59,755 nt of DNA from the NCBI GenBank assembly GCA_026388125.1, contig JAPLKJ010000273.1, positions 1 through 59,755 on the forward strand. Direction: 5' to 3'. Under the pieces are notes generated by a model, which did no database searches, was not told where the DNA came from, and saw only the letters and a list, made by a program, of their open reading frames with translations. Source of the stretch: Elusimicrobiota bacterium. GTDB lineage: Bacteria > Elusimicrobiota > Elusimicrobia > Elusimicrobiales > UBA9959. Numbering within the stretch: position 1 is the first letter of the stretch; the number at the start of each line of letters is the position of its first letter. This document shows, piece after piece, positions 26,411-36,487 of this stretch. The translations under genes and the position numbers were made by a program.

Positions 26411-27379
26411 CTACATATATTGTATCAAAAGGGTTCTGGCTTCTTTAAGGGTTTTGAGGGTCATGAAGGAAGCCCTGGCGCCGGAGGCGTTGGGCAGGCC
26501 CTTCAGCCAGTAGCCCACCAGCTTGCGGGCGCGGGCCAGGCCGTGCTCCTCGCCGTAGATGCCGGCGCTGAGCTCCAGGAAACGGACGAACAGCTTTATG
26601 CGCTCCTGCGACGCCAGCGCGGAGGCGGGCGCGCCGGAAAGCCCGGCCGCTATCTCGCGGAAGATCATGGGATTGAAAACGGCCGCGCGCCCCACGGCCA
26701 CGCCCGCGCAGCCGGCCTCCAGCATGGCGCGGGCGCCGGCGGCGTCCGCTACGCCGCCGTTGCCGAAAACGGGTATTTTCACCGCGGCGGCCGTGGCCGC
26801 CATGGCCGGCAGATCTATCGGGCCCGTGTGGAACTGCGAGGCCGGCCGGCCGTGCAGAGTTATGGCGGCGGCGCCGGCCTCCTCCGAGATGCGCGCAAGC
26901 TGTGGCCCGAGGTTCTCGCCTGCCGCGATGCCGACGCGGAACTTCACGGTGACCGGGACCTTCACGCTTTTGACCACGCTGGAAATTATATCCGCCAGCA
27001 GCAGCGGCGTCTTCATCAGGCCGGAGCCCGCGCCGGACCTGAGCACTTTCCTGACGGGGCAGCCGGCGTTGATGTCCACGATGTCGGCGCCGTGCCGCTC
27101 CACCTCCCGCGCCGCCAGCGCCATGGTGGCGGGGTCCGCGCCGAAGAGCTGTATGGCCACGGGGTGCTCGCCGGGGTTGAGCTCCAGCATCCTGAAAGAT
27201 TTTTTATTCCCGTACTTGATGCTGTCGGCCGAAACCATTTCGGTAACTACCAGCCCCGCTCCGCCCTCGGCCGCCAGGATGCGGAAAGCGGCGCCGGTGA
27301 TGCCGGCCATCGGGGCCAGCGCCAGATTGTTTTTCAGGCTTACGGAGCCGACCGTTACGGGGCGCAGGCTGGAAGACAT
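26411..27379 (-). CDS. tRNA-dihydrouridine synthase
   Basis: LAPMAGITG, VAIQLFG and DINAGCP motifs of the Dus family. Confidence 0.85.
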   Translation of the reverse strand: MSSSLRPVTVGSVSLKNNLALAPMAGITGAAFRILAAEGGAGLVVTEMVSADSIKYGNKKSFRMLELNPGEHPVAIQLFGADPATMALAAREVERHGADIVDINAGCPVRKVLRSGAGSGLMKTPLLLADIISSVVKSVKVPVTVKFRVGIAAGENLGPQLARISEEAGAAAITLHGRPASQFHTGPIDLPAMAATAAAVKIPVFGNGGVADAAGARAMLEAGCAGVAVGRAAVFNPMIFREIAAGLSGAPASALASQERIKLFVRFLELSAGIYGEEHGLARARKLVGYWLKGLPNASGARASFMTLKTLKEARTLLIQYM

Positions 27380-27383
27380 GGTT

Positions 27384-28109
27384 TCAGGGGTTCAGCGAAT
27401 AATTGCCGTCGTGGCCGGTCAGAAAATCGCGCGGGGCGCGGCGGAACACCAGGTTCCTTTCGGCCGCGGGCGCGCCCACTTTTTTAAGTACGTCCAGCTG
27501 GAAAGCCGAGGCGCGGTCCTCCATAGCGAGGATGGAATCCAGGCCTTTATAATCGAAGCGCATCGGGTTGATGTCCAGCTGCCGCTCGTCCTTCTGGCCC
27601 GGCAGCGGCGGCGCCTTGAGCGTTTTTTTCCGCCCTTTCATGGCGTACCACGCGTGCCAGGCCTGGTGGGCTATGATGCCGGCGCACCAGGTATGCGACC
27701 TGAACGCGTGGTCGGTGGAGAGCGCGGCCACGGGCCGCCCCTCGTCCATGTAAAAATCGGTCTTGTTCTCGTTCCTTATCACGTAAAGCGAAGTCTTCAG
27801 GAAAAGGAAAGTGTCGCGGTCGGCCAGCCAGACCAGCTTAAGCGCCTGGGTCACCTGGCTTACGAACTCCGGGGGGCCTTTTATTTCAAGCGTCAGGGAA
27901 GGCATCTCGGCGCCGGGGGGGGGCGCAGGCTTTGCCGCCGCGGCCGCCGCGGGGCCGCTGCCCGGAACATACGGCACGGACCGCTCGCCCGCTTCGGGAA
28001 GCTGCTGCCTGGCGAGAAAATACCAGACGCCCGCTCCCACCAGCAGCAGTGGCAGGAACGCCAGCACTTTTATGGCGCCGGAAACTTTTTTATGCGCTGT
28101 TTCTTCCAT
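27384..28109 (-). CDS. Membrane-anchored protein, function unknown
   Basis: One N-terminal TM segment, an Ala/Pro linker, then a domain with HTWCAGIIAHQAWHAWY. Lies 5 nt upstream of dus. Confidence 0.45.
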   Translation of the reverse strand: MEETAHKKVSGAIKVLAFLPLLLVGAGVWYFLARQQLPEAGERSVPYVPGSGPAAAAAAKPAPPPGAEMPSLTLEIKGPPEFVSQVTQALKLVWLADRDTFLFLKTSLYVIRNENKTDFYMDEGRPVAALSTDHAFRSHTWCAGIIAHQAWHAWYAMKGRKKTLKAPPLPGQKDERQLDINPMRFDYKGLDSILAMEDRASAFQLDVLKKVGAPAAERNLVFRRAPRDFLTGHDGNYSLNP

Positions 28110-28148
28110 GACGGCTGGATCGGCCGGGGCCGGTGCTGGGGCCGGCGG

Positions 28149-28550
28149 TTACTTCAGGGCTTTCAGGTATGACTTGTAGAAAGCCTGCAGTTCGCTGTCG
28201 GGGTTCTGGAATTCAAGGACGTGCTTCTTGCAGCCGCGGCGCGAGCAGATCTGCACCTGGCCGCCGGCCTTCAGTTCAAGAGCTATCATCTGCGAACCGC
28301 AGGCGTCGCACTTGCGCGTGCTCTTCAGGTCGGCCTTGCAGTGCGGACAGCGGAAGCCGGCCACTTTGCCCACGGGCATGACCATGTCGGTCTCGATCTT
28401 GTAGCTGCCGTAAAGGGAGCTCATATAAAGCGGGAAGTGCTTGCCGGCGTAGGTCAGGTTGACCTCTATGGAGGACGCATTATCCAGCTTCTTGGCGGGA
28501 TTCATCAGGGATTTGCCGCAATGCGGACATTTTACAAGAACGCTTACCAT
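28149..28550 (-). CDS. Multi zinc-ribbon protein, function unknown
   Basis: 133 aa with CPHC (x2), CDAC and CSRRGC Cys pairs. Confidence 0.5.
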   Translation of the reverse strand: MVSVLVKCPHCGKSLMNPAKKLDNASSIEVNLTYAGKHFPLYMSSLYGSYKIETDMVMPVGKVAGFRCPHCKADLKSTRKCDACGSQMIALELKAGGQVQICSRRGCKKHVLEFQNPDSELQAFYKSYLKALK

Positions 28551-28652
28551 GGGAACCTCCAGAAAAACACGGCTAGACTGCCGGCCGATACGCCGCCGGC
28601 TGCCAGGCGGTACCGCCGCCCGGCATATTGAACAATGATATCAAATTATTGT

Positions 28653-30602
28653 TTATTCGTAGCGCAGGGCCTCTATCGGGGACAGCAGGGAAGCCTTTTT
28701 TGCCGGCCAGAAGCCGAAGACTATGCCCACGCCCGCCGAGAAGCCGAAGGCCAGCGCCACGGAGAACGGCGAGATATACACGGCCCAGCCGGAGATCCTG
28801 GAAAGCAGCAGCGAACTGCCCGCGCCGGCTATGATGCCCAGTATGCCTCCCAGCACGGAAACTATCACCGCCTCTATCAGGAACTGCAGCAGCACCGCGC
28901 GGCTGGTGGCGCCTATGGCTTTTCTGAGGCCGATCTCCTTGGTGCGCTCGCTGACGCTCACCAGCATGATGTTCATGATGCCTATGCCGCCCACTATCAG
29001 CGAAATGCCGGCTATCATGCCCAGCAGCGTGCTGAAGGTTTTTATGGTGCCGGTCAGCATGGTCTGCATCTCGGCCATGTTCATCAGCATCACGTCGTCG
29101 TCCTTGTGCGCCGGTACGTTGTGCCGCTTGCGCATCAGCGCCTTGATCCTCGCCTGCACGTCCGGCATAAGGCTGAAGTCGGCCACCTCCACCCAGACCG
29201 AGTCCAGGTAGGTCTTGCCCAGCACCACCTTCATGGCGGTCTGCAGCGGCACTATCACCACGTCGTCCTGGTCGCGCGGGCCCTGCGCGCCCTTCAGCGG
29301 CAGCACGCCTATCACGGTGAAATATTTGCTGTTGATCTTTATGGTCTTGCCCACCGGGTCCGTCCCGCCGAACAGCTCCTTCACCACAGTGTTGCCCACC
29401 AGCGCCACTTTGGCCAGCCTCGCGCCCTCCTCGTCGGAGAAAAAGCGGCCGTAATAAGGCTGGGAGTTGCGCATGGCGGCGTAGATGGCCGTGACCCCGG
29501 TGATATTGGTGCGCTGGTTATTGGCGCCGTAAGCTACCTGGGCGTTGCCTGAAACGTTGGCGTCCGTCCTGGTAATATTCTCTATCTCGGAGATGGCCTT
29601 GGCGTCCTCGGGGGTAAGGCGGCTGACAGCGCCGGCGCCCATGCCCGTGCCGCCCTGGCGGAACATGCCGGGCATCACGCTGAGCAGGTTGGTGCCCAGC
29701 GAGGACATCTGCTTTTGGATGGAGCGCTGCGCGCCGGTGCCCACGGCCAGCATGGCTATAAGGGCGCCTACGCCTATTATTATGCCCAGCATGGTCAGGA
29801 GCGACCTGGTCTTGTTGCTTATGATGGAGCTGACCGAAGAACCGAGGTTTTCGGCCACTTCCCGCCAGCTGAGGAAAAAAGATTTGGGGATGTGCAGGCG
29901 CCTGGGCGCTTCCGCGGCCTTAACCGGCGCCTTCTTGGTCACGTCCTCTATGATCATGCCGTCTTTCAGCTTTATCACGCGGTCGGCCCAGGCGGCTATG
30001 TCCGGCTCGTGCGTTACCATCACCACGGTGATGCCCTGCTCGTCGTTGAGCCTGCGAAAGATACGCATGATCTCTTCGGCCTGGGCGGAAGCCAGGTTGC
30101 CGGTGGGTTCGTCGGCGAAGATTATCTTGGGATCGTTGACGAGCGACCGGGCTATGGCCACGCGCTGCTGCTGGCCGCCGGAGAGCTGGTTGGGCTTATG
30201 GTCCATGCGGTCCGCCAGCCCCACCTGCTCCAGGTATTTCACCGCTTCGTGCGGGCGGGCCTTCTCGCCCAGGTAGATCTGCGGCAGCGCCACGTTGGAG
30301 GCGGCGCTGATGCGGGGCAGCAGGTTGAACTGCTGGAACACGAAGCCGAGTATGCGGGCCCGCAGGTAGGACAGCTCCACGTCGTCCAGCTCGGAGATCT
30401 CCCGGCCGAACAGTTTATACGAGCCGGCGCTGGGCCGGTCCAGCAGGCCCAGTATGTGCATCAGGGTGGACTTGCCGGAGCCGGACGGGCCCATGATGGC
30501 CACGAACTCGCCCTCTTTCACCGAAAGGTCAACGCCTTTCAGGATCTCGAGCGGCTCGCCGCCCATCTGGTAAACTTTTTTAATACCTTTAAGTTCTATC
30601 AT
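28653..30602 (-). CDS. macB: MacB-type ABC transporter, fused ATPase and FtsX-like permease
   Basis: Walker [10 protein letters not shown], signature [15 protein letters not shown] and Walker [12 protein letters not shown], followed by a 4-TM permease with a large periplasmic loop. Confidence 0.9.
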   Translation of the reverse strand: MIELKGIKKVYQMGGEPLEILKGVDLSVKEGEFVAIMGPSGSGKSTLMHILGLLDRPSAGSYKLFGREISELDDVELSYLRARILGFVFQQFNLLPRISAASNVALPQIYLGEKARPHEAVKYLEQVGLADRMDHKPNQLSGGQQQRVAIARSLVNDPKIIFADEPTGNLASAQAEEIMRIFRRLNDEQGITVVMVTHEPDIAAWADRVIKLKDGMIIEDVTKKAPVKAAEAPRRLHIPKSFFLSWREVAENLGSSVSSIISNKTRSLLTMLGIIIGVGALIAMLAVGTGAQRSIQKQMSSLGTNLLSVMPGMFRQGGTGMGAGAVSRLTPEDAKAISEIENITRTDANVSGNAQVAYGANNQRTNITGVTAIYAAMRNSQPYYGRFFSDEEGARLAKVALVGNTVVKELFGGTDPVGKTIKINSKYFTVIGVLPLKGAQGPRDQDDVVIVPLQTAMKVVLGKTYLDSVWVEVADFSLMPDVQARIKALMRKRHNVPAHKDDDVMLMNMAEMQTMLTGTIKTFSTLLGMIAGISLIVGGIGIMNIMLVSVSERTKEIGLRKAIGATSRAVLLQFLIEAVIVSVLGGILGIIAGAGSSLLLSRISGWAVYISPFSVALAFGFSAGVGIVFGFWPAKKASLLSPIEALRYE

Positions 30603-30651
30603 AAAAAGTCACTTTGCCGCGGCTCTTCACCCCTGGCGCTCCGGCTTTTGC

Positions 30652-31632
30652 TTAGTGTCCGCCCATCGCCCTTTGGGCGCCGCGCGGCATGGTCGGGCGG
30701 GTAGGCATCAGCGGGTTCTTACCGGAAGAATCCACCTGCGCCGTATAACTTTTTTTCTGGTAGTAAACAGTCTCGCCCTCTTCCAGCCCTGAAGTTATCT
30801 CCACCTTGTCGCCCTCGTTCTGGCCGGTCTCCACCGTGGTATACACAGGCTGGCCGTCTTTTAATTCCTTTATGACCGCCGTTTCGCCCTGCGGATTGGT
30901 GGCAACCGCCGCGGCCGGCACCAGCAGCACGTCTTTGCGCTCGGAAATGGTTATCTTTATGTTGGCGGTCATCTGCGAGCGGAAGAAATCCGGCACATGG
31001 TCCGGGCGTATTTTCACGGTGTAGGTGACCACGTTGCTCTTGGTGGTGCCCTCGTCGAGTATCTTGTAGACCGTGCCGGTGACCTTCTTGTCGGGGTAGG
31101 AGTCCAGGATTATGGACGCGTGCTGGCCCATTTTTACGCGGCCGATGTCGGACTCGTCGAGGCTGGCCGCTACTATCAGCTTGTCGGAGATGGCGAACAG
31201 CACGGTGCCCCCTCCGACGGTCTGCCCTTCCACCACGTTCTTAAGGATCAGCGTGCCGCTGATGGGGGAAATGATCTTGATAGGCTTATAGGTTTCCTTC
31301 CACTGGGCATACTGGGCGTCCCCGGAGGCGCGGGCGGCGTCCAGAATAGCCACCCGGTCCGAGGAGCTCATCAGCGCCAGGACCGCCCCGGCTTTTATCT
31401 TATCGCCTTCCTCCACCAGTATCTCTTCGATGCGGCCCGAGGCGGAGGGCTGTATCTCCACGCGGTTCTCGGGAGCCACCACGCCGGTGGTATCCACCAC
31501 CTCGGAAAGGTCCTTCAGCTCCGCCTGCACGCTGACATATCTGGGCGCGTCAGTGGCGCTCTTTTTCTTGAAAGCGTACCAGCCGCCGCCGGCCAGCGCC
31601 GCGATGATGACGATGATGATGATCTTTTTCAT
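30652..31632 (-). CDS. macA: Periplasmic efflux adaptor (MacA/HlyD family)
   Basis: N-terminal anchor with lipoyl/beta-barrel pattern. Positioned between the TolC-like gene and macB. Confidence 0.8.
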   Translation of the reverse strand: MKKIIIIVIIAALAGGGWYAFKKKSATDAPRYVSVQAELKDLSEVVDTTGVVAPENRVEIQPSASGRIEEILVEEGDKIKAGAVLALMSSSDRVAILDAARASGDAQYAQWKETYKPIKIISPISGTLILKNVVEGQTVGGGTVLFAISDKLIVAASLDESDIGRVKMGQHASIILDSYPDKKVTGTVYKILDEGTTKSNVVTYTVKIRPDHVPDFFRSQMTANIKITISERKDVLLVPAAAVATNPQGETAVIKELKDGQPVYTTVETGQNEGDKVEITSGLEEGETVYYQKKSYTAQVDSSGKNPLMPTRPTMPRGAQRAMGGH

Positions 31633-31639
31633 ATTGTTT

Positions 31640-32926
31640 TTACTCCTCCACTCCCACTCCCAGCTGCTGCTCCAGCGCCAGCTTGCGGCTGTAGGCCGCG
31701 CGCGCCAGGTCCAACTGGTTCAGGTCCGAATCTACGAAATTCTGCTCCACGTTCTCCAGGTCTATAAAACTGATATTTCCGGCCATATACTTTATCTGCG
31801 CTTCCTTGTACCGCTCGTCGTTGGCTTTCGACAGCGAAACGCTGGCCAGCGCGGTCTCGGAGGCGCTCAGGAAATCGTCATAGCCGGAGCGCAGCGAGGT
31901 GGTCAGGGCGATCCGCTCCGCCTTGAAATTCTCCTCGGCGGCGGCCAGAGCTTTCTTTGCGGCGGACAGCTTATTGAAGTAAGTGGTCGGGCCGCCGCTG
32001 AAAAGAGGAATGTCCAGCCTGAGCCCCAGTGACCAGCCCGCTCTCTGCGGGAAATCGTTGACGTCGCTCCAGCCGTAGGACTGGCTGGCGCTAAGGGTGG
32101 GATAGGCGGAATTTCCTGCGGCGTTAGTCCTTTCCTTTGCCGCCTCCAGCGTCTTTTTGGCCGATACTATGCCGGGAGACTTTTCCAGCGCCTGGTTCAC
32201 GCGCGCTTCATCCAGCGCGAAGGCCGGCACGCTTATGTCCCCTTTCGCGGTTACGGAGGAGATATCGCCTTCCAGGCCTATAGCCTGCAGCAGGGAGCGC
32301 TGCGCTATGGTCAGCTGCCGCTCGGCCTTTTTAACTGAAACGGCCGCGTTTTCCGCCAGCGCGCCGGTGTAAAGGGCGTTGCCCCTGGACTCCATGCCGC
32401 TTTCGTACTTCAGTTTTATGAGCTTGGCGTTCTCTACCCTCATATTCAGGATCTTCTTCTGCACTTCTATCCTTTTCTGGGCGAACAGCAGGTCGACGAA
32501 AGCCCCGGCCAGCGTCTGCCTGGCCGAAGCCGACCTGTCCAGGTAATCGGCCACCGCTTTTTCCTTGGCTATGCGGCTGGTTTTAACTCCGGAGGCTGTA
32601 TTAAAGTTCAGCAGCGTCTCGGAAACCGAGATGCCGGCGTTCCAGGTGGTAGCGGCGGGTTTGGTCGTAATATCGCCCCGCCCGGACAACCCGCGCGACA
32701 CGTTCAAGTCCGGTTTGTAGCCTATGAAATAATTGAGCCCGGACACGGCCAGGTAATCGTACCCGGCCTGCTCCATAGAGGCGCGCGCGGCTTTCACCGC
32801 GGGGTTGTGCTCTACGGCCAGGCGCCTGGCCTCGTCCCAGGTGAGCGTAAGCTGCTGCTGCGCGGCCGCCGGGCCGGCCAGCAGCAGGACCAGGGGCAGT
32901 AAGAGGAATTTTTTATTAATGGTCAT
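31640..32926 (-). CDS. TolC-family outer-membrane efflux channel
   Basis: The ATG at 32926 gives signal MTINKKFLLLPLVLLLAGPAAA. Two-fold repeat helical/beta pattern. The track's upstream extension was rejected. Confidence 0.8.
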   Translation of the reverse strand: MTINKKFLLLPLVLLLAGPAAAQQQLTLTWDEARRLAVEHNPAVKAARASMEQAGYDYLAVSGLNYFIGYKPDLNVSRGLSGRGDITTKPAATTWNAGISVSETLLNFNTASGVKTSRIAKEKAVADYLDRSASARQTLAGAFVDLLFAQKRIEVQKKILNMRVENAKLIKLKYESGMESRGNALYTGALAENAAVSVKKAERQLTIAQRSLLQAIGLEGDISSVTAKGDISVPAFALDEARVNQALEKSPGIVSAKKTLEAAKERTNAAGNSAYPTLSASQSYGWSDVNDFPQRAGWSLGLRLDIPLFSGGPTTYFNKLSAAKKALAAAEENFKAERIALTTSLRSGYDDFLSASETALASVSLSKANDERYKEAQIKYMAGNISFIDLENVEQNFVDSDLNQLDLARAAYSRKLALEQQLGVGVEE

Positions 32927-33035
32927 ATGTGTATAAATAACTGCGGTCCACAGTACAACGCGCGGGGGGCCGGTTTTATTGCATCGGATTTTACCGACCG
33001 GTAGATAAATTATACAGGCGGCCGCTCCGGTTGTC

Positions 33036-33070
33036 AACAAAAAGGCCTGCCAGCCGGGGCAGGCAGGCCT
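33036..33070 (-). terminator. Intrinsic terminator after the oxidoreductase operon
   Basis: AGGCCTGCC (33043-33051) pairs with GGCAGGCCT (33062-33070). A T5 tract follows on the minus strand. Confidence 0.6.
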
Positions 33071-33087
33071 TTACGGGGCGGCCCGGA

Positions 33088-34242
33088 TTACTTCAGTTTT
33101 TCCTGCCCGGTGAAGCTGCGGTCCAGCCTGAAGCCGGCCAGCATTTCCTTCTCGTCGGCGGAGGGGGAGCCGGCTATGTGCGCGGCTATGGCCTCGCCGA
33201 GGCCCGGCCCCAGCATGAAGCCCTGGCCGCACATGCCCACCGCCAGCACGTACCCTTTCAGGGCGGCGGGGAAATCCACCACCGGGAAGCCGTCCGGCGT
33301 CATGGGATAAAGCCCGCGCCAGGTGCGCCGCACCTTCAGCGTGGCCAGCCCGGGCATCAGCGAGATCATCCGGCGCGAGATCTCGGGCAGGAACTCCGAG
33401 GTGGAGCGCCGGTCATGGCCCCAGATGGGCGGCTGCGGGGTGAGGCAGAACACTATCTGGCCTTCCCGGTTCTGGTAGAAATAATAGTTCTTGGACTTGT
33501 CGCCGGGGCGGATGTCCACCACCATCGGCTCGAAGAAGCGCTCGGCCGGCTCGGTTATGCCGGCCTCGTGGCAGTCCGGGTTCACCGGCACTTTTACGCC
33601 GGCCAGGTCGGAGACCCCGGCGGCCTCGGCGCCGGCCGCGTTCACCACCCAGGGCGCGTAATACCGGCCCTGCGGGGTCAGCACGCCTTTTACCCGCCCG
33701 CCTTCCTTGGATATTTCCTTCACCGGCTCGCTGAAGCGGAATTCGGCGCCCAGCTTGACCGCGCGCCTGTAGAAAGCGTTCAAGCTCAGCAGCGGGGAGG
33801 CGGAGCCGTCGTCGGGCGACCAGGTACCGCCGCGCAGGTCCTTGGCGGCGATGCCCGGCACCAGCGCGCGCACTTTATCCGCGCCGATCCAGTCTATGTT
33901 CAGGCCGAAGCCGCGCTGTATCTTGAGCAGCTCCCGGAGCACCGCCTCGTCGCTTTCGGTGTACACCGGGAACAGGTAGCCGCCTTTTATCCAGCCTATG
34001 TCGTCGCCGTGCTTTTTGTGCCAAGTGGCGAAGATCTCGAGGCTGCGCAGGCAGGTCTTTATTTTAGAGCCGTCGGAATGCGTGGCGCGCACGCCGCCTA
34101 TGGCGCATTTGTTCTGCCCCTGCCCGGGGGAAGGGGCCGCCTCGAGCACCAGGACCTTCTTTTTCCGCTCCGCCAGCGCCATGGCCAGCGGCGTGCCGAT
34201 GCTGCCCGCGCCTATGATGATAACGTCGTAATTGTTTTCCAT
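33088..34242 (-). CDS. FAD-dependent oxidoreductase, DAO family (SoxB/HcnC/proline-dehydrogenase-beta-like)
   Basis: N-terminal YDVIIIGAGSIGTPLA dinucleotide fold. 384 aa. Paired with the multi-cluster subunit upstream. Confidence 0.75.
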   Translation of the reverse strand: MENNYDVIIIGAGSIGTPLAMALAERKKKVLVLEAAPSPGQGQNKCAIGGVRATHSDGSKIKTCLRSLEIFATWHKKHGDDIGWIKGGYLFPVYTESDEAVLRELLKIQRGFGLNIDWIGADKVRALVPGIAAKDLRGGTWSPDDGSASPLLSLNAFYRRAVKLGAEFRFSEPVKEISKEGGRVKGVLTPQGRYYAPWVVNAAGAEAAGVSDLAGVKVPVNPDCHEAGITEPAERFFEPMVVDIRPGDKSKNYYFYQNREGQIVFCLTPQPPIWGHDRRSTSEFLPEISRRMISLMPGLATLKVRRTWRGLYPMTPDGFPVVDFPAALKGYVLAVGMCGQGFMLGPGLGEAIAAHIAGSPSADEKEMLAGFRLDRSFTGQEKLK

Positions 34243-34251
34243 AAAATATCC

Positions 34252-36348
34252 TCAGAACCCGCTCCAGCTGGCTTTTTCGTCGGCTTCGGTGCGGCATTTC
34301 ACGTTGGTGAAAGCGCCCAGCGGCGCTTCCACGAACAGCGGCCGCCGGGTGAAGCCCGTGACCTCTTTAAGGTCCACGCCCTCGCTCCTGAAGACGTTGA
34401 GCAGCAGCGTCGAGCAGGTCTTGGACCCGCAGGCGCCCATGCCGGCGCGCGTGACCGCTTTCAGCTGGTTGAGGTCGCGCATGCCGCCGCGGATGGCCGC
34501 GCGGATCTCGCCCAGGCTCACGCGCTCGCAGCGGCAGATGATGGTTTCGTCGTCGGCACGGGCGAGGTCCGCGGCGGCCTTCACGCCCTCTTCGGCGGGA
34601 TAAAGCTTCAGCGAAGCGGCCAGGTCGGCCACACCGGGCTTCGTCTTTACGATGACGATCAGCGTGTTCTCCGCCTTGAAATCCTTCACGTCCAGCACCT
34701 CGGCCTCGCCGAGATCGGCGCCTTCCCAGCCGGCCAGGCGCACCTTGTCGCCTTTTTTCACCAGCCCGCGGCCGATCTCGAAAGGCAGGGCCACCGACGG
34801 GTTCGCCGGGTCCTTGCGGTGATCCACTATGGTCACGGCCAGCCCCGGGCAGATCAGCAGGCATTTGAAGCAGCCGATGCAGTCCCCGGCGAACTGCGGC
34901 ACGTTCATGATGCTGTCGCCGGAAAGTTTTATGGATTTTTTGGGACAGACGGTGACGCAGGGATTGCAGGGGATCTCCTGCCGGCAGTGCAGTACGGGGT
35001 AGACCGGCTTGGAATGGTTCTTCGCCTCGGGGGCTTTAGTGGCGCCGGGCCTGGACTTCAGCACTTCCAGCCTGTCGAACCAGAACTGCGGCACCGGGGC
35101 GGCCATCACGCCCAGGCTTTTGAGCACCTTGTGCGCGGTTATCTTGCCGCTGAACATGGCGGCCGAGGCTTCGGCTATCTCCTCGGCGTCGCCGCAGACG
35201 AAGGAATCCATGCCGGCCTCGCGGGCCTGCGCGTGGAACTCGTCCACCGAGCTCAGGCCCACGGCTATCAGCAGCGTGTCGGCCTGGAAATTCTTTTCGG
35301 TGCCGGGCCGCACCTTGAACTTTTCGTCCACGGCGGCGATGGTGACCGTCTCAAGTTCATTCTTGCCGGCGGCGCGGACTATGGTGTGGCGGGTATAGAC
35401 CGGCACGCCCAGGCGCTTGATCTTGTCGGCGTGCACCTTGTAGCCGCCGCATTCGGGCAGGGCTTCTATGAGCCCCACCACCTGAATGCCGGCCTGCAGC
35501 GCGTGGTAGGCCGCTATCAGCCCCACGTTGCCGCCGCCCACGATGAACAGCCTTTTGGCGGGCCGTACCAGGTCGCGGTTGACCAGCGTCTGGAAAGCGC
35601 CGGCGCCGTAAACCCCGGGCAGCGTGTTGCCGGGGAAAGCCAGGCTTTTTTCGCGCGCGCCGGTGGCGCTGACCACGGCTTTGGGCCGCACCAGGTAATA
35701 CCGGCCGCCGCGCAGCACGCCGGCTTTCTTGTCCGAGAAAATGGCCAGGCAGGTGGCGTCGGCCCAGACCTTGACCGACGGGTATTCCTTGAGCTGCACT
35801 TCCAGCTTTTCAGCTATATCGATGCCGCGCGTGCCCGCGTAGCAGTCTTCCACCGAGCCGAAGAACTTATGCGTCTGCAGCACCAGCTTGCCGCCGAAAC
35901 TGGCCTTGTCGTCAATGATCAAAGTGTTCACGTTGAGCTTGCCGAGCTCGGCCGCCGCGGCCAGGCCCGAGGGGCCGCCGCCTATTATCAGCACGTCGAC
36001 GTCCAGCTCTTCGGGCCGGCCGAACTCGGACACGCAGGCCGTACGCGGCAGCACGGCCGCGCCGCGCAGCGTGGCCACTTTCATGCCTTCGCGCACCGGC
36101 GTTATGCAGGATTTCACGGTGAGCCCGTCGGCTGTCACCGAGCACTGCGCGCACTGGCCGTTGGCGCAGAAGATGCCCTGCGGGCTGGAATCTTTTTTGT
36201 TATGGCTGAAGATCTTTATGCCGTTGGCGTACAGCGCGCTGGAAATGACCTCGCCCTCCAGCGCCTGGCAGGGGGCCCCGTCGAAAGTGAAAGCTATGGT
36301 CTTGCGTTCCTCCGGCTGGAGTACGGGATGGTCCTTGATTCTTTCCAT
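34252..36348 (-). CDS. Fused 2Fe-2S, FAD/NAD(P) oxidoreductase, 2x[4Fe-4S] and BFD-like subunit (HcnA+HcnB/OoxA-like)
   Basis: N-terminal CANGQCAQC...C cluster. VDVLIIGGGPSG and LFIVGGGNVG Rossmann motifs. CIGCFKCLLICP and CRQEIPCNPCVTVCP. ICRCE...GACGSKTC BFD-like motif. Confidence 0.75.
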   Translation of the reverse strand: MERIKDHPVLQPEERKTIAFTFDGAPCQALEGEVISSALYANGIKIFSHNKKDSSPQGIFCANGQCAQCSVTADGLTVKSCITPVREGMKVATLRGAAVLPRTACVSEFGRPEELDVDVLIIGGGPSGLAAAAELGKLNVNTLIIDDKASFGGKLVLQTHKFFGSVEDCYAGTRGIDIAEKLEVQLKEYPSVKVWADATCLAIFSDKKAGVLRGGRYYLVRPKAVVSATGAREKSLAFPGNTLPGVYGAGAFQTLVNRDLVRPAKRLFIVGGGNVGLIAAYHALQAGIQVVGLIEALPECGGYKVHADKIKRLGVPVYTRHTIVRAAGKNELETVTIAAVDEKFKVRPGTEKNFQADTLLIAVGLSSVDEFHAQAREAGMDSFVCGDAEEIAEASAAMFSGKITAHKVLKSLGVMAAPVPQFWFDRLEVLKSRPGATKAPEAKNHSKPVYPVLHCRQEIPCNPCVTVCPKKSIKLSGDSIMNVPQFAGDCIGCFKCLLICPGLAVTIVDHRKDPANPSVALPFEIGRGLVKKGDKVRLAGWEGADLGEAEVLDVKDFKAENTLIVIVKTKPGVADLAASLKLYPAEEGVKAAADLARADDETIICRCERVSLGEIRAAIRGGMRDLNQLKAVTRAGMGACGSKTCSTLLLNVFRSEGVDLKEVTGFTRRPLFVEAPLGAFTNVKCRTEADEKASWSGF

Positions 36349-36444
36349 GAAAAAGCTCCTTAGGCGGTCTATCTTGCTGCGGCCGGCTATAACAATGTTA
36401 CAATAAAAAAAACGCGCGATAAAACAGGGGCCGGCGGATTATTT

Positions 36445-36453
36445 TGATATAAT
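36445..36453 (+). promoter_or_regulatory. Extended -10 element (TGaTATAAT)
   Basis: Lies 35 nt upstream of the ATG at 36488. An AGGAGG RBS sits at 36473-36478. Confidence 0.35.
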
Positions 36454-36487
36454 ATACGTTCAGCAGTTATTTCAGGAGGGGAAATAA

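Noticed and set aside
26559-28172. 537-aa plus-strand ORF spanning three minus-strand genes
   Set aside because: Ser/Pro/Ala-rich nonsense composition. The minus-strand Dus motifs and compact operon spacing explain the region.
33031-36363. 1110-aa ORF on the plus strand, the longest in the track
   Set aside because: It is exactly antisense to two minus-strand genes with clear FAD, Fe-S and Rossmann motifs. Its translation is Arg/Gly/Ala/His-rich with no recognisable motif, which is typical stop-codon-poor antisense read-through in high-GC DNA.
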